Assembly: GCA_907165135.1 (NCBI GenBank)
Contig: OU015570.1
Span: 1,240,001-1,304,000 of the forward strand
Direction of reading: 5' to 3'
Source: Oikopleura dioica
Taxonomy: Eukaryota > Animalia > Chordata
Length of the DNA stretch: 64,000 bases
Shown here: positions 11,838-25,300 of the stretch, piece by piece
How the letters are laid out: the number at the start of each line of letters is the position of its first letter
Numbering within the stretch: position 1 is the stretch's first letter
Position numbers and translations under genes: made by a program
Notes under the pieces: model-generated
Told to the model about the DNA's origin: nothing
The model's input: only the letters and a program-made list of their open reading frames with translations
Databases searched by the model: none

Positions 11838-12445
11838 AATTGTTTCAATTGTTTAATAAATTTTGTAATAATTTTGTTTTGATGGTTTAGGATGGCTCAG
11901 GTTTGGCTCATCATAGCCATCCATTCGCCAAAAGTTATCCTGGTAACAAGAGGGCCGTTTATGCAACATAAGTAGGCCTCGGACGTAAAAACAGAACAAC
12001 AGATCATCGTACACGGACAAAATAAGGCTCATTTATAATATGTTGAAAAAACTTTCTATTTAGGAAATTAAAAAACTGGACCCTCCCTCCGTGTTTCGAG
12101 GTACAGTGTGAAGCACTTTTTAGGCCGATATTTAGATGACAGCGAATTTCAAAAGTGCCCTTAAAATGGATATTTTTTGTCCCGAGTCGGATGACAAGAA
12201 ATTTTTCCCTTTTTTGGACAAAAAATAAAAAGAAGAGAATGTCTATTTTACCTTTCATTGTAACCTCCGCAGACCATTATCCTCCCATTAATAGATGCAC
12301 CCGTGAAATTCGATCGGCGTGTGTTCATTTTAGGACCTTCGTTCCAAGCATGTCCACTCGTTTTGGATTACAAGAAAAATCTATTTTCTATCAAAAAGAC
12401 GGCTTATTATGATGAAACATAATCAAGGAAAAATAGGGGTCGGGG

Positions 12446-13032
12446 ACTCGCAGTACCAAAGCGTTTTGGAAGGAAATATACAATTAGCATGGGTCTCAGA
12501 CCCAGGATTCATTTCAAAAGTGACGCCTGGGTCTCAGACCCAGGATACCCCCTCAGAAGTGACGCCTGGGTCTAATACCCAGGATTCATCTTAAAATTGA
12601 CAAATTTGGCAGACTTCGTCGATTGATTCTCTGTAAATTAAAAAATCTGAGTGCCCTTCACCACGGGGCTCCGCCCCTTAGGTCCTAAAATGCCGGGGTC
12701 TAGTCTAGGGTTACTTAGGGTTACCTACGGTAACCCTAACTAACCCTAGCCTATCCCCCTCGGGTGAGTTTGTTCTGTCATTTTTGTAGGTGCCCCTAAC
12801 ACTAACCTTAATTATAGTAATAACTAGGCACGTTATCAATTATTTATGGCAGGAAATGGTTTTTTCTTCTTATAAATCTCGTCTCCTGATTTTCGGACCC
12901 AGGCGTCACTTCTGAGGGGGTATCCTCGGTCTGAGACCCAGGCGTCACTTTTGAAATGAATCCTGGGTCTGAGACCCAGGCTAATTGCATCCTTCCTTAT
13001 GGAACTGCCAATTCAATTTCCGTACTGCGAGT
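12446..13032. mobile_element. Foldback element with inverted 38-bp arrays and a central telomere-like tract
   Basis: Outer IR ACTCGCAGTAC. Arrays of GCCTGGGTCTCAGACCCAGGATTCA at 12490-12595, inverted at 12895-12985. Centre has GGGGCTCCGCCCC and TAGGGTTA/TAACCCTA repeats. Confidence 0.75.
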
Positions 13033-13324
13033 AACAATTTCGGATTTTCGAGTGATATTTTAACATAATATAACAGTCGGAACAAAAGTAGACGGGTAAA
13101 TAGAAGTGAATCCTGTAATTATAATTACCAGAGCTTAATAATTCCGCATATCCAGACAAAAAATAAATTGATTGGTTAGTTATCTATATTCAGTTTTTCC
13201 TCTTTTGAGGTCATTTTTTGTCCAAACTTCTCGTTAAAATGTCCACAATAGTGAGTAAATGCTCCCGAAATAATTTAAAAATTGGAAAATTGCATATTTT
13301 TTCTTCAAAAACCTATAGTGGTGT

Positions 13325-14010
13325 TAAGGTTAGAAAATGAAATCGGCGCGGCGCGCCTCGCTCGCCCAGCGCCCCGCCGTGCCCTTCTTTTCAGTATGTC
13401 GTAATATTCGAACGGATAAAGCTTTTTCCAAAATTTCTTCGGAATTAACATGATCAAAGCCTTAACTTGTCACAGATTAAAAATAAGCAGAATCGCGAAA
13501 GAAAATGTTGGAGAAAATGACATGAGTTGGTTAAACTTTATCTCCTCTCGCAATTATTATCCGTTGTTTTTTTACAAATTCAGATAGATCTGTAGTGCTT
13601 CGTTAGAACAAAAATTTCGAAGTCTCAGATTTAATTTTAAAGCTTTCTTAAATTTTATATGAGCTTTTGAAATGAGAGCTGCACCGTCGTGAGGAGCGCA
13701 CTGTGAGAGAAAAAGCGGCGCGGCCTGAGAGCACTCGTTTCGAGACGTCGTTTGGAGATCCAGAAAGCTTCAAAATAAAATCTGTGACTACGAAATTTTA
13801 GGTCTAACGGAGCACTATAGATAAATCTGAAATTGAAAAAATTGAATAAGGATTGCGAGAAGAGATAGAGTTTGACCAACTCATGTCATTTTCTCCAACA
13901 TTTTCTTTTGCGATTCTGCTTATTTTTGATCTGTAACAAGTTAAGGCTCTGATTATATTAGTTCCGAAGAAATTTTGGAAAAAGCTTTATCCGTTCGAAT
14001 ACCGATGAAA
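13325..14010. mobile_element. Foldback MITE with a TTAA-GG end; the left end is shared in reverse with 40950-41025
   Basis: Bases 13408-13660 are inverted to 13765-14007. GTTAGAAAATGAAATCGGCGCGGCGCGCCTCGCTCGCCCAG recurs reverse-complemented at about 40975-41020. Confidence 0.7.
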
Positions 14011-14392
14011 ATAGGGGGTTGCCCTGGAAAGAAGCCCGAATAAGCGACACCATGCGGGCGTGTTTCGATTTTTCATTAAGCGGAGGACCACGCGGAGCCT
14101 CCGCGGCGGAGGAACCCGCCAGCTGGAAGAATTCCCTTTTACGAAAAGAAAATCCTCTCACTGAAGTCTCCCATTTTTTTATTTCTTTTTCACGTAAGCG
14201 ACGGGGAACAAAAAAATTCATATAGATTCGTTATAAATTTTTTGAAAAAATCGAAAATTTTCATTTTCTTTGAAAGGCTTTCTAAAAAGATAAAAATAAT
14301 TTTAAAAACAGAAAGAACTGATTATAATTGGTCTTGACCATAGAAAAAGCCTTAGTCAGGCACCTGAGATAATTCGACGACTGTAAACTTAA

Positions 14393-14844
14393 CCCGATAG
14401 CGAGAGTTTGAAATTATTCGATAACGAGAGCGGGAGCACTTAGTGCACCCGGGCCATCTAGAACAATTTTTATCAAAAAAAGGACAAAAATGCTTGTTTT
14501 CCTGGTCTGTAAGACTGGGTTTTCGTCGGAATTTTGAAAAATGCGTGGTCTAGAACTCCTGAGAACTCTTTTTCGTGAGGAAAAACCCGAATAGAACGCG
14601 CGTTCTCTTGATGACCGTTACGTAATATCGAGTTCTCGAGACGAATTTCCGATAATTTGCTCCTTTTTTGTAAATAAAAGGGATTAAATAGAAAGTATGA
14701 AAATTTCTTGAAGTCAAACTAAGTGCGGAAAAGCTGCTAGAATCTAAGTTTTTTCGAATTTTTGGATTATCTTCAAAATAGAAGAAATTCATAATGCAAC
14801 AACTAGCTCTGGGAGCACTTAGTGCTCCCGCTCTCGTTATCGGG
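14393..14844. mobile_element. piggyBac-like MITE
   Basis: TTAA|CCCGATA(G/A)CGAGAG ... CTCTCGTTATCGGG|TTAA, with internal GGGAGCACTTAGTGC palindromes. Confidence 0.8.
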
Positions 14845-15090
14845 TTAACAAAAAAAAATATACCATAATATAATTAAAAATCGGGACAATATAAATTTTT
14901 ACATCAGATGGAGGTGGGATTGGGGACGAAATTGAGAATGATCAACTCAGTGTTTTCCCAGCCTTTGTCAAGCCCCTTAAATTTTAATCGCTTCTCTGCC
15001 ATCAAAATTAAAAAAAAATTTATATTCGATGAATGAAAATCTTGGCCAAATCCTGACCCCCATGTTCCTTACGTTTCTATAATATAGGAG

Positions 15091-16990
15091 TTTATTGCAG
15101 TTTGCTGAACGTTTTCGGTCGGACGACCATCAGAGCTTGTTCCTTGATAAACTTGAAAAATCTTAAACGAAAGCGTACCTTTTTTCGTAAGACTGCAGAA
15201 CTGATTTAAAAACAAAAATAACTTTGTCCCAGAGTAATATTCTAGAAAATATGGTGGTAACTTTTTAAGGTAATCGATATTTTATCAGAGGCTCCTTACT
15301 AGGCTCGAAAATGCCTCTGATCGGTAAAACAATTAATAATACTTAATTCTTAACATTAAGCAGTCCTTTCAGGACTGAGAATTCAAAGTAAGATTATATA
15401 AACTTGTTGATGTTGAATTTGCTTGTTCAACGGAGGATTATGAAGACGAATTTCTAAAGCTTCCATTTGTACTCTCTTTTTGTATGCTAGATTTCGGTGT
15501 AAAACTGAAAACATTTTACTGAGATAGTCAAATCTAGATTTAAAATTATTCTGCTCGTATTCATCATTGAATCGAGTTTGAAAAATTTCACAATTTTCAG
15601 TATGAGAGAAAATTGCTGTTTGTTTCGACCTTTGTTGATGGTCAATAATTCTAGATTTTAGGCATTCACTTTCACCGATGTAAACTGCGCCGCAGTGACA
15701 TTCAAATCGGTAAACAGCATTTACAGCCATATTATTATCAATCTTAGGCAACAGATTGGCAACAATTAAATTACGAATAGATACTGTCCTCAATGCCGTG
15801 TGCAGATTATAGGGAGGGAGAAAGGTTGAAATCGTTATTCGCATTTCACTGGTTATTTTACTGACTCGTTGAGAAGTGAATGGAATGCACATAGTAAAAT
15901 TTCTTTCAGGAAACTCGCTTTTTTCGAGTTTCCAATCTTTCTTCTCAATTTTACCTTCTTTAATCACTCTAGTTGTATCACGGATAATTTCTAAAGGGTG
16001 ACCTTGGGCATGATATTTCTCCTCAATTTTTTTTCGCTCTTCCTCCAGAGTTTTAGGATCCGAGTGTTTGAAAAGTGATCTTTTCAGTTAAGAAATCAAG
16101 ACCCCTTTTTTCATGGATGTCGGAGCAACATCAATTTCAAAATTCATTGGGATAGTGTGTTTTCTATTGTTTCGTATTGCAATCATTTTAATTTACAACA
16201 TTACATTAGTCTAAAAATTTAATACCCTGCGGGCATGATTTTTCAACGGTAACTTTAATTTGAGGATGAAGGTTTTGGATGATTGATATGATTGACCTGT
16301 TCAAATGAATTACGTTTGAAAAAAACAAAAGTATCGTCTTGAAATCGCCGGTATCCCAAAATTATTTTTTGATCAATTAATTTTTGATTTTTTTCTTTCT
16401 CCAAAATATAAAGAAAGAAATCAGCCAAAATAGGTGAGCTCGAGTCTCCCATAGCTAAACCACTAACTTGCTTATATGTTTTGTCAAAACATCTAAAGGA
16501 TGTCAATCTTTGTAAAACTGATTTAAGAACAGGCTTCAAAATTGTTTTTGGAATTGGTCGCAAAAGCTTATCATTAGAATCTCTAAATCAAGGCAAAATT
16601 TTGGTCGGTGAATTATCAATATAAATATACTTTATCAAAAATTCAATAAGATCGTCTGTACAAACATTCGGATAAAGCTTTGAGACATCAAATAAACAAT
16701 AATCAATTTCATTAAAATCAAATTTTTGTGATTGAATCCAACTCGAGAATTCTTGAGAGCTGCGGAGAGAAAATTTAGTGTTTATATTTTTTAATAATTT
16801 TGATAAAAAATTTCGGTGAAAATTTTCTGTGATCGAGTTTCGAGCACTTATGATAGGCCCCATGTTTTTTTCTTCGTCGAAAGAAGATTTATGAACTTTT
16901 GCCAAGCCATACGCTACTTTAATATTCATTATTGGTAGGGATTCTCACGGAGATTCAAAGTTGGGTCTTTTTTCTTGAAAATAAGCTCTT
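15091..16990 (-). mobile_element. Penelope-like element PLE-2, frameshifted and 5'-truncated
   Basis: YGLAKVHK, FDVSKLYPNV, QVSGLAMGDSSSPILAD, RFQDD, and GIY-YIG AVYRFECHCGAVYIGES across ORFs 16588-16929, 16255-16563 and 15383-15967. Confidence 0.9.
15104..15136 (-). ncRNA. Degenerate hammerhead in the PLE-2 3' UTR (core deletion)
   Basis: Minus strand reads GCT-CTGAT-GGTCgtccGACC-GAAA-ACGT-TC-AGC, lacking 3 nt after CTGAT. Palindrome AACGTT; AATAAA downstream. Confidence 0.6.
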
Positions 16991-19378
16991 TATATCAGAT
17001 TTTGACGCTGATTCTGAATCCGCAATAAAAATCAAGATTGGAGCAACGCGTGGTGGTGCAAGCGTGGAGGCGCGCGCGCCTCAGGAGCGCTTGGAGTAAA
17101 TCATTTAAATCAATGCTTTTTGATGAAATTTTATATCCCTAGGTTTTTTTATATGCTGATTAATTATTTATTACTTATTTTATCCGTTCAAACAGTAAAA
17201 AACAGTGAATAAATTAATTTGTTGAAAGCTTCTTTTTTGAAAGACGAGTCGGGCGAGCTGGAGTAGAGATCTCCAATTTCGGCTTCTTTGCTTTTCCTTC
17301 TTCTTTGATTTTCTTGCGTTCAGCCTTGATCTTCTTCACTTCTTCTCTTTTCCTTTTGATGTCTTCTCGCTTCTTACGAAATTGTTGATCATTTCATTCA
17401 GTATTGACTAAAGTCCTTTTCGACAGAGGAAAAGAGAGATTTCTTACTGTAACTCTTACACTTTTCTAGCGTAAAAACGACCTCGTTGTCTTAGACTTGA
17501 CCCCTCTCATTTTGTTTTCATAGAAAGTTGCCCCTAGCTGCCCGTATTCTTGGATTGTTGTTCCACAATTGGGAACGAAATGGTAGTCGTAGCAACAAAA
17601 TGATGATACAGATATATAGGAAACGGTCTGGGCACACGAGCGCCCAGTAGTAGACTAGTACAGTCACTCGCACCAAAAAATTGATAAAGAGAGAAAATGT
17701 TTTTTTCTGTTGAAATATTTCAAAGTATGTTTAGGAAAGAGTAAAGCCCTGGGGTCGATTTTGACCTGCTTCGAGGGGAGTGCTTATTTTTAATTTTATT
17801 TGAGAAAGGAATTTGTTATCTACGAGACAAGATAAACAAGAATGGCAGCTCGTCAGGAATTTATCTGTTTCTGTGACGGGTTTTATCATCCCCAGTTTGT
17901 CTCAACAGCGTCTCCAAGAGAGGATAAAAATGAAACTAGTAACATACTCAGCTCAGAAATGACTGTAGCGGCTAGAGAAAAAGAGAGATTTTTGAGTTTT
18001 TGAAACGGTTCTGAGCAAGTTTTGTCTTTGCCCGAGGCGAGTAGTGAATATAATTGGGATATTTTACTCGTTTTTTGTGCCGAAAAATCGTGTCAAAAGG
18101 CAAATGCACCTGAACGCCCGTAAATTTAGAACCACCCCGGAAAAGCATGCCATTTTCTATTCTAGCGCTGAATTAGTTTATGACCAATTTCTTACAGCAT
18201 TTCTTCGTGCTCGCATTTCCGGAATCCTGGCTGCTGCATAGCTAGCGGAAGCGCCAGCCGCTCGTTAGCTGCAATTTTCTAGCCCTCTCGCAGGGCAATA
18301 AATTTTTCCAGCCCGCGGATGTCCAGCCCGGCTACCGGCAGTCAGATTTGAGTAAATCAAATACTTTCTTAAAAATTAATTTTTATGAAAAATAGAGCTT
18401 CAAAATTTTGAAAGAGAGAATCGGCTTTAGAATTTTGAAATCAAGGAAGAAAATTAGTTTTTTAAAAGATCCAAATCTTCACCTTGACGGTGCAATTTGC
18501 CATCTTTATAAATTCAAGAATAGAAGGTAATGGAATTCTCCAGTAATTTGTGTTTTCACCGCGAGAGACAAAGGAGAGGGTCTAGCGTTTTTGCTAGGGG
18601 CTAAATTATGCAAAAACTCAATGACCCCGCTGGGCACTCGCCTTGATGCATATATTGAGGAAATCTGGCCCGCGGTCTGGCCCTTATTTTCCCACAGAGA
18701 ATTCCAAACTGGCGTGTTTGATTTTCCAATTTTTGATTTATTCAAAGTTCATTTCGCTTCAGAGATTTTCAGATAAAAAGAAAACCCAAGTCCAATAATA
18801 ATTTTTTTTTCTACAGAGACATCGCTCAATAAGGCTTCCTTCTATCAAGCTCCTGATTGGTCAATCAAGAGCTCTTCCTTTTTATCCTTACCCTTAACCC
18901 TAACGGAGGGACCGATAGCGAAATCTGACTGTACATAAAACCGAGTTCAAGCACCCCCCTCTTCCATAAAAACCCCATTGTTTCTTTCACTTCCTATAGA
19001 AATTCAAATTTCAAGTTGTCACAATGTAACAAAGCCACAGTGTCGTATCTACTGCTAGTATTTGCACTCTACTCAAGTTATAGCCCCTCAGAAAAGAACG
19101 AATTCTGTTTGCTCGCTACTTTTGCTACAGTATATTTAAATATGCTCACTTTCACTGCTGGTGGATTTTTCTTCACCGGCAATTGTTGCTAAGGAACTGA
19201 AAACGGAATGTTTAGATTGTCAGTTTTGTAACTTTTTTCTCAAATCTCTTCGCTGTGGACAACGCCAGAATACACACACACACACACGCGCAGTCGATCA
19301 CACTACAGGCTACCTCAGAGGAGCTACAGTCAGCTTTCAGTACTTCTTCCCAGAGGATAGAAAAACAACACCTAGAAC

Positions 19379-22300
19379 ATGGGCTGCAACGGTTCTAAAA
19401 GCGCCGAGGTGACTGAAAACCAGAAGCCAGAGGAGCAACCAAAAGGTACTGTACTTCATTTACTGTAGTTACGGGTGATTTTGTTTATCGAGTTGTTTGA
19501 CAAGGGAGATTTTCTTCCGGGGGAGGTGTACGTGTTTCTCACAGTACCGTGGTTTACCATTTTAAGAGCGTTTTTTGGATGACAGGCCTCGCTCAAATCG
19601 CTCTTATATTGGAAATTTTTCAATCAAGGTAGGATGACAGTGGTGTGTTGTTCCCGGTGTCAACCTTGTGTTCTGCAATTACAATAAAAAAAGATCCGAT
19701 GTTTTCTTTACGATTTCATCGTCGATTATGATCATCTGAACATCAAGGAGGAAGATCTAGTGAACAAAGCGAACGAAATCTTCATGAATATGAATCCAGC
19801 AATCTTCAAGCGCTCTTGGATCAATACTGGGCTGATCAAGGAGGAAGAATTCGAAGGAGCTGTTAAAGATTTTGAGGACTTGGATGTTTTGGAAAGTTTG
19901 CTGGAGAAAGAAGACGAGGAAGAGCTGGTCGAGCATTTTCTGGCGCTTCAAATCGATAAAACACGAGCCGCGACCCCGATGGAGATTGAAGAGGAACCTC
20001 AAGTTCAAGAGATAGAGAGTGCCGACACTGCGAATGATTCGACTTCAAAATGGCCAGAAAAACAGTCGAAGATTTCAAAATTTTTAAATAAATGATTCAC
20101 TGTAAGTCTGAAAATTTTTTGATTATTAATAAAAATCTTCGAAAACACTCTTAAACTGGAATTTTGGCAGATGACAACATTTTCAAAATATACGCAAAAA
20201 CGCTCTTAAAGTGGGCGCTCTTAAAACGGAAAACCACGGTACATAAGTTGGATAACTAATTGCGTTTATCGTATTCGCGAGCGGGAATACAAATAGTGAG
20301 CGACGAACGTTGTTAAAAAGAGCAAGTTTTATTGTGGTGTCTCTGAGTAAAAAGTAGTGTTGTGTGTGTGTGAACTGTGTCAGTGAGAAATAAGATCGTT
20401 TATATATGGTTTTCATAAACCGTGGTGAGTGACTTTTTCGTGAGTCGTGAGTTGATCCTAGTCCGTGGTGAACTGTGCTTTCGCGGTTGGCGGCGGAGCG
20501 TTTGCGCGTGGTGAAATGCGCTTCGCGAGTCGTGAATAGCGCTTTGCGGGTCGTGAACTGCGCGCGGCGCGGCGCGGTGAACTCAAGTGGCGGATGACTA
20601 ATGAGAAACACTACATACCGTGGTTTACCATTTTAAGAGCGTTTTTTGGATGACAGGCCTCGCTCAAATCGCTCTTATATTGGAAATTTTTCAATCAAGG
20701 TAGGATGACAGTGGTGTGTTGTTCCCGGTGTCAACCTTGTGTTCTGCAATTACAATAAAAAAGATCCGATGTTTTCTTTACGATTTCATCGTCGATTATG
20801 ATCATCTGAACATCAAGGAGGAAGATCTAGTGAACAAAGCGAACGAAATCTTCATGAATATGAATCCAGCAATCTTCAAGCGCTCTTGGATCAATACTGG
20901 GCTGATCAAGGAGGAAGAATTCGAAGGAGCTGTTAAAGATTTTGAGGACTTGGATGTTTTGGAAAGTTTGCTGGAGAAAGAAGACGAGGAAGAGCTGGTC
21001 GAGCATTTTCTGGCGCTTCAAATCGATAAAACACGAGCCGCGACCCCGATGGAGATTGAAGAGGAACCTCAAGTTCAAGAGATAGAGAGTGCCGACACTG
21101 CGAATGATTCGACTTCAAAATGGCCAGAAAAACAGTCGAAGATTTCAAAATTTTTAAATAAATGATTCACTGTAAGTCTGAAAATTTTTTGATTATTAAT
21201 AAAAATCTTCGAAAACACTCTTAAACTGGAATTTTGGCAGATGACAACATTTTCAAAATATACGCAAAAACGCTCTTAAAGTGGGCGCTCTTAAAACGGA
21301 AAACCACGGTAATTCCTCCTCCATTTATTTTTAGATCGTTTGTCTTTCTGGCAGAGGAATGTCCTGTGTTTGTGAGTCCAAGATTTCATCAAGGATGTTT
21401 TGTCCATAAGCAGTAATTGTGGCGAAAGGATCGTTTTGGTTGACGGGAGAGTCAACGAGCGGCTGTTGAGCTGGGCCGACCGGAACATCATTTACTTCTT
21501 CGATGAACTGTATTTCTGAATAAGCCGAGGTGTTTGTTCGTGAGTCTCTCAACCCAAGGTGCTTCAGGTGTTCGTGAATTATGAAGGTGACCTCAGATTT
21601 CAGAATTCGTAGATCGGAAATTTCGATATTTTCAAGTCTTCTCCAAACAGACCTTTGTTTTGCCCATTTCCTTGCATATTCGGAGACAATTGAATTTCTT
21701 GTTTCCGGATTTGCTCCTTGGGCAGTAAGTATTAGGCATTTGCAGGAAAAGATAAGGAGACACTTCAGGTTACTGTCGATCGTGCTGAGATTGAGCGATT
21801 TTTGAGTCAAGATTTGGAACCAATTTGTCTTTTCCTTGATAGATACTTCGATTTCTTCGAGAAGCTCTCTGATTACTAGAGTTTTCTCACAGTCGATTTC
21901 TTCCACAATTGGTATTTTTATTCCCATGACAAAATTGAGCGCGAATTGTTGGTATCTTCGTTTTATGCAGCATCTCTGAAGGTGGAAAATATCTGTTTCA
22001 AGGTTAGTCGGCATTTCTCTTCTGCTTAGCAATTTACATGATAGAAACACTTTTTCTTTTAATTACTTCCGGACTTCTCTTTTGCCACTTGAAACACGGA
22101 TAAGTGTGATCGTAGGAACTGTGACTAGCGTGGTTGATCTGTTGAGCTTCTTGTCTCTTCTTGTAAAGTCATTTTTCGATTTGGCTTGTTTCAGTCGGTG
22201 CATTTCCATTTTCACGTTGGGGGAATGTGACAGGGATGTGACGACGGGTCCCTTTTGTCCTGGCGCGGGAGATTTCGAGTGTTGCAGCGCGCGGGGATGT

Positions 22301-25300
22301 TTTTTTCTGTTTGAACAGCCATTTTCATCGATTTGGATTCTCGACTGCGAGCTCGAGCAGGAGCTTTTTGAAAAACCAAGTGAGCTATTGAACATTTGCG
22401 AGCAAACGAGCAGTTTACATTTCTTCTCTTCCCCCTTTTAGAACAAGGAGATTCGCATCGTTCCATTTGAGCTGGGAGAATGCGGCAAGAACATATTTTC
22501 GAATAAGGTGATTGGCAACTGCACACATTGCCAACATCTGCGGAAGTGCGGCGCAAGGTTAGGAATAGCGGTGCAAGTAGAGGGCGCCGATTACTTGAAC
22601 ATAATCAATTTTATGCGGTCGTAAATCCACAGTGGCCTGTATAAACTTTCACGGCGATTGAACGGAACTTGACTCTCTCTCTCTTTACGAGTGTGCATCA
22701 TATCGCTAAAGTTGTGATCATTGTATTTGAGCATCGTTCGAACGGCAAACAGGGCTTTTATACTTCATTATTCGAGTTTCTATTGAGCAATTCATGAGTT
22801 GAACATCTCATCTTATTGTTTTTGTCTAGAGCGAAGACGATCTTTCCATATTGAATCCTTCTTATCTTTTTGATTGATCAGCAGTCGATCATTGACTGTA
22901 CTAGCAGGAGCCTCTGAGCAAGGATTGTGAGCTTGAGCTTCTTCATCTTTCAGAGCAGATTTACTTGATTTAGCTTGTTTTGGATCTTGAACTTCAGTGT
23001 GTTTTGAACAAGGAGCTGATTTTTGAGCTTGGATTTTTTCTGGTTTGAAGTCGTTTTGAGGCTTGTCACTGCAGATCAATTGCGTTTTATCGTCCTCAGT
23101 TTTGACTTTGAGCGGTCGGATCAGACTAATATTTCTACGGTACTCTTTTCTGGTGAGCGGGCACTTCAGAATGTAGCTGTCTTTTGAAAGCCTTCTATGA
23201 ACTTTGAACGGTCCAGACCAGGACAATCCAAGTTTTCCAGAGTAAGGATCCGGTTTCCAACAGAGAACATTAGTTCCAATCATTAAAACCGGACAGTTGT
23301 TCTTGTCACGTTTTAACAATGACTGGTATCGTTGGACTTGGAAGTTGAGCAGAGCAGGATGTAACTTCTTGAAATATGAATTTAACCCTCTAATGAATGG
23401 CTGGATATTTTCTGTGATCGGCTCTTTGAGCGAATAAGGAACATGAAATTGTCTTCCGTACACAACTTCATTACTTGATAAACCATCTAAGGAGCCTTTT
23501 GGAGTATTGTTGAGGAAGTACTGTACCATTGGCCAGTAGTCGGACCAAGTGCGATTTGTGGCGAGTTGGTTTTTGAGCTTTTGGTGAATTTCTCGGTGGA
23601 TTCGTTCGCACTTTCCATTTGACTTACTGTAATAGGCACTTGTAGTACTGCGGCGTATCTCAAATCTGTCGAGGATGGCTGTTGTTTTTGGACCAAACTC
23701 TTTGCCATTATCAGAAATACAATTTTCGGATATTCCGTGTCTCAGTATTATTCGCAGAAGAGCCTTAGCAACAAGATTGTCTGACTTGTTTGAGAGCGGT
23801 TCTCCATCGAGGTAGCCACTTAAACTATCAACGACGGTGAGCAGGTATCGTTTTCCAGCTTGATCGGGGCGTCCATAGTCCACAAGATCGATATGAACTT
23901 TTTCGAAGGGAAGTTGAGCAAATTGGCGATCCTTTATGAGCGAAGGTCTCATTTGTTTGAACGGCTTGAGTCGAATGCATGTTTCACAGGAGCTTGTGAT
24001 CGCGCGAACTTTCTGTTGTATGTTGCTTATAAAGAATTTTCGTAGCATCTGCAGGAGCTGTTGACTTCCGGCATGAGCTGTCAGGGAGTGCAGATAAGAG
24101 ATAAATTCATCAGCAACAGCGCTTGGAAGAACCAATCTGTTATTTGAATAAAGAACATCATTTTTGAGCATAAGTCTTTTCGGTGACTTGTTCAGCTTCG
24201 CTTTCACTCGTAGATTTCTTGTAACTGAGCATGCGTCTTGAGCAGTTGCCATTTCCTCTGCTGTAAATGATCGGTTTTCGAACGAGAAGATAACATCACT
24301 TGTTGTTAACGTTGACAATGCAAAGATTGTTTCATCAACGTCGAAGAAGTTTTCGGAGTCTCTCTCAAGGTCAGAGCTTTTTGACTTTGGTAAACGGCTG
24401 AAGAAATCTGCAGAGGCCATTTCAGGACTTGATCCGCTTTTGTGAATGATCGTGAAGTTAAAAGCGAGAAGATAATTATGTACATTACATAATTTTATGT
24501 CCAATTTCTGTTTTCGTGATTCCCGAAATAGATAGAGCAATGATTTATGGTCAACATAACAATCGAATTCGCAGTTGATCAGGTAGTACTCAAAAAATTG
24601 GATTCCCCAGCAGAGAGCGAAGAGTTCCTTGATTCTCATTGGTCGCTTGAGGTCGGGACCGGAAAGAGCTTTGCTAAAGTATCCAAGGGGAGCGAATCGA
24701 TCGTTTTGAACTTGATTAAGTGTACCTCCGACTGCGTATCCAGATGAGTCGGTAACAAGGACGAGTTTACATCCGGGTTTGAAGTGCGCAAGAGTCGGCT
24801 CTTTCAGGAGTTCACTTTTTACTGTATCAAAAGCTTTCTGTTGGATGTCGGACCACTCGAATTTCGCTTTTGCTGATGTCAGACGATAAAGCGGGGACAG
24901 GATTTCACTTCCGCGTTTGATGAATTTTACATTAAAGTTAACCATGCCCAAATATCTCTTCAGTTCAGCTTTATCTGTCGGTGGTTTCATCTTTTCGATC
25001 GCTTCAAGATGTTTTCGGAGCGGTTTGATACCATCAGCAGTGATTCTGTGACCAAGAAAATCCAATTCTGTACTGGCAAGCTTACATTTCGCGGCATTAA
25101 GGACAAGCCCATGTTCGTAGCAAGTTTTGAAGACAAATTCTAGTGCTTCTAGATGGTTTTCCCAATTATTGTCAATCACGATCAAATCGTCCAAATAAAG
25201 CAGAATAGAATCATGTTGCATCAGCTTGTTCATAATTCGAGAGAAACAGGCTGGGGCATTGCATGATCCATAGAGCATCCGGTTAGCTTGGTAATGTCGG

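Noticed and set aside
21331-22556. env gene
   Set aside because: No signal peptide, furin site plus fusion peptide, or transmembrane anchor is visible.
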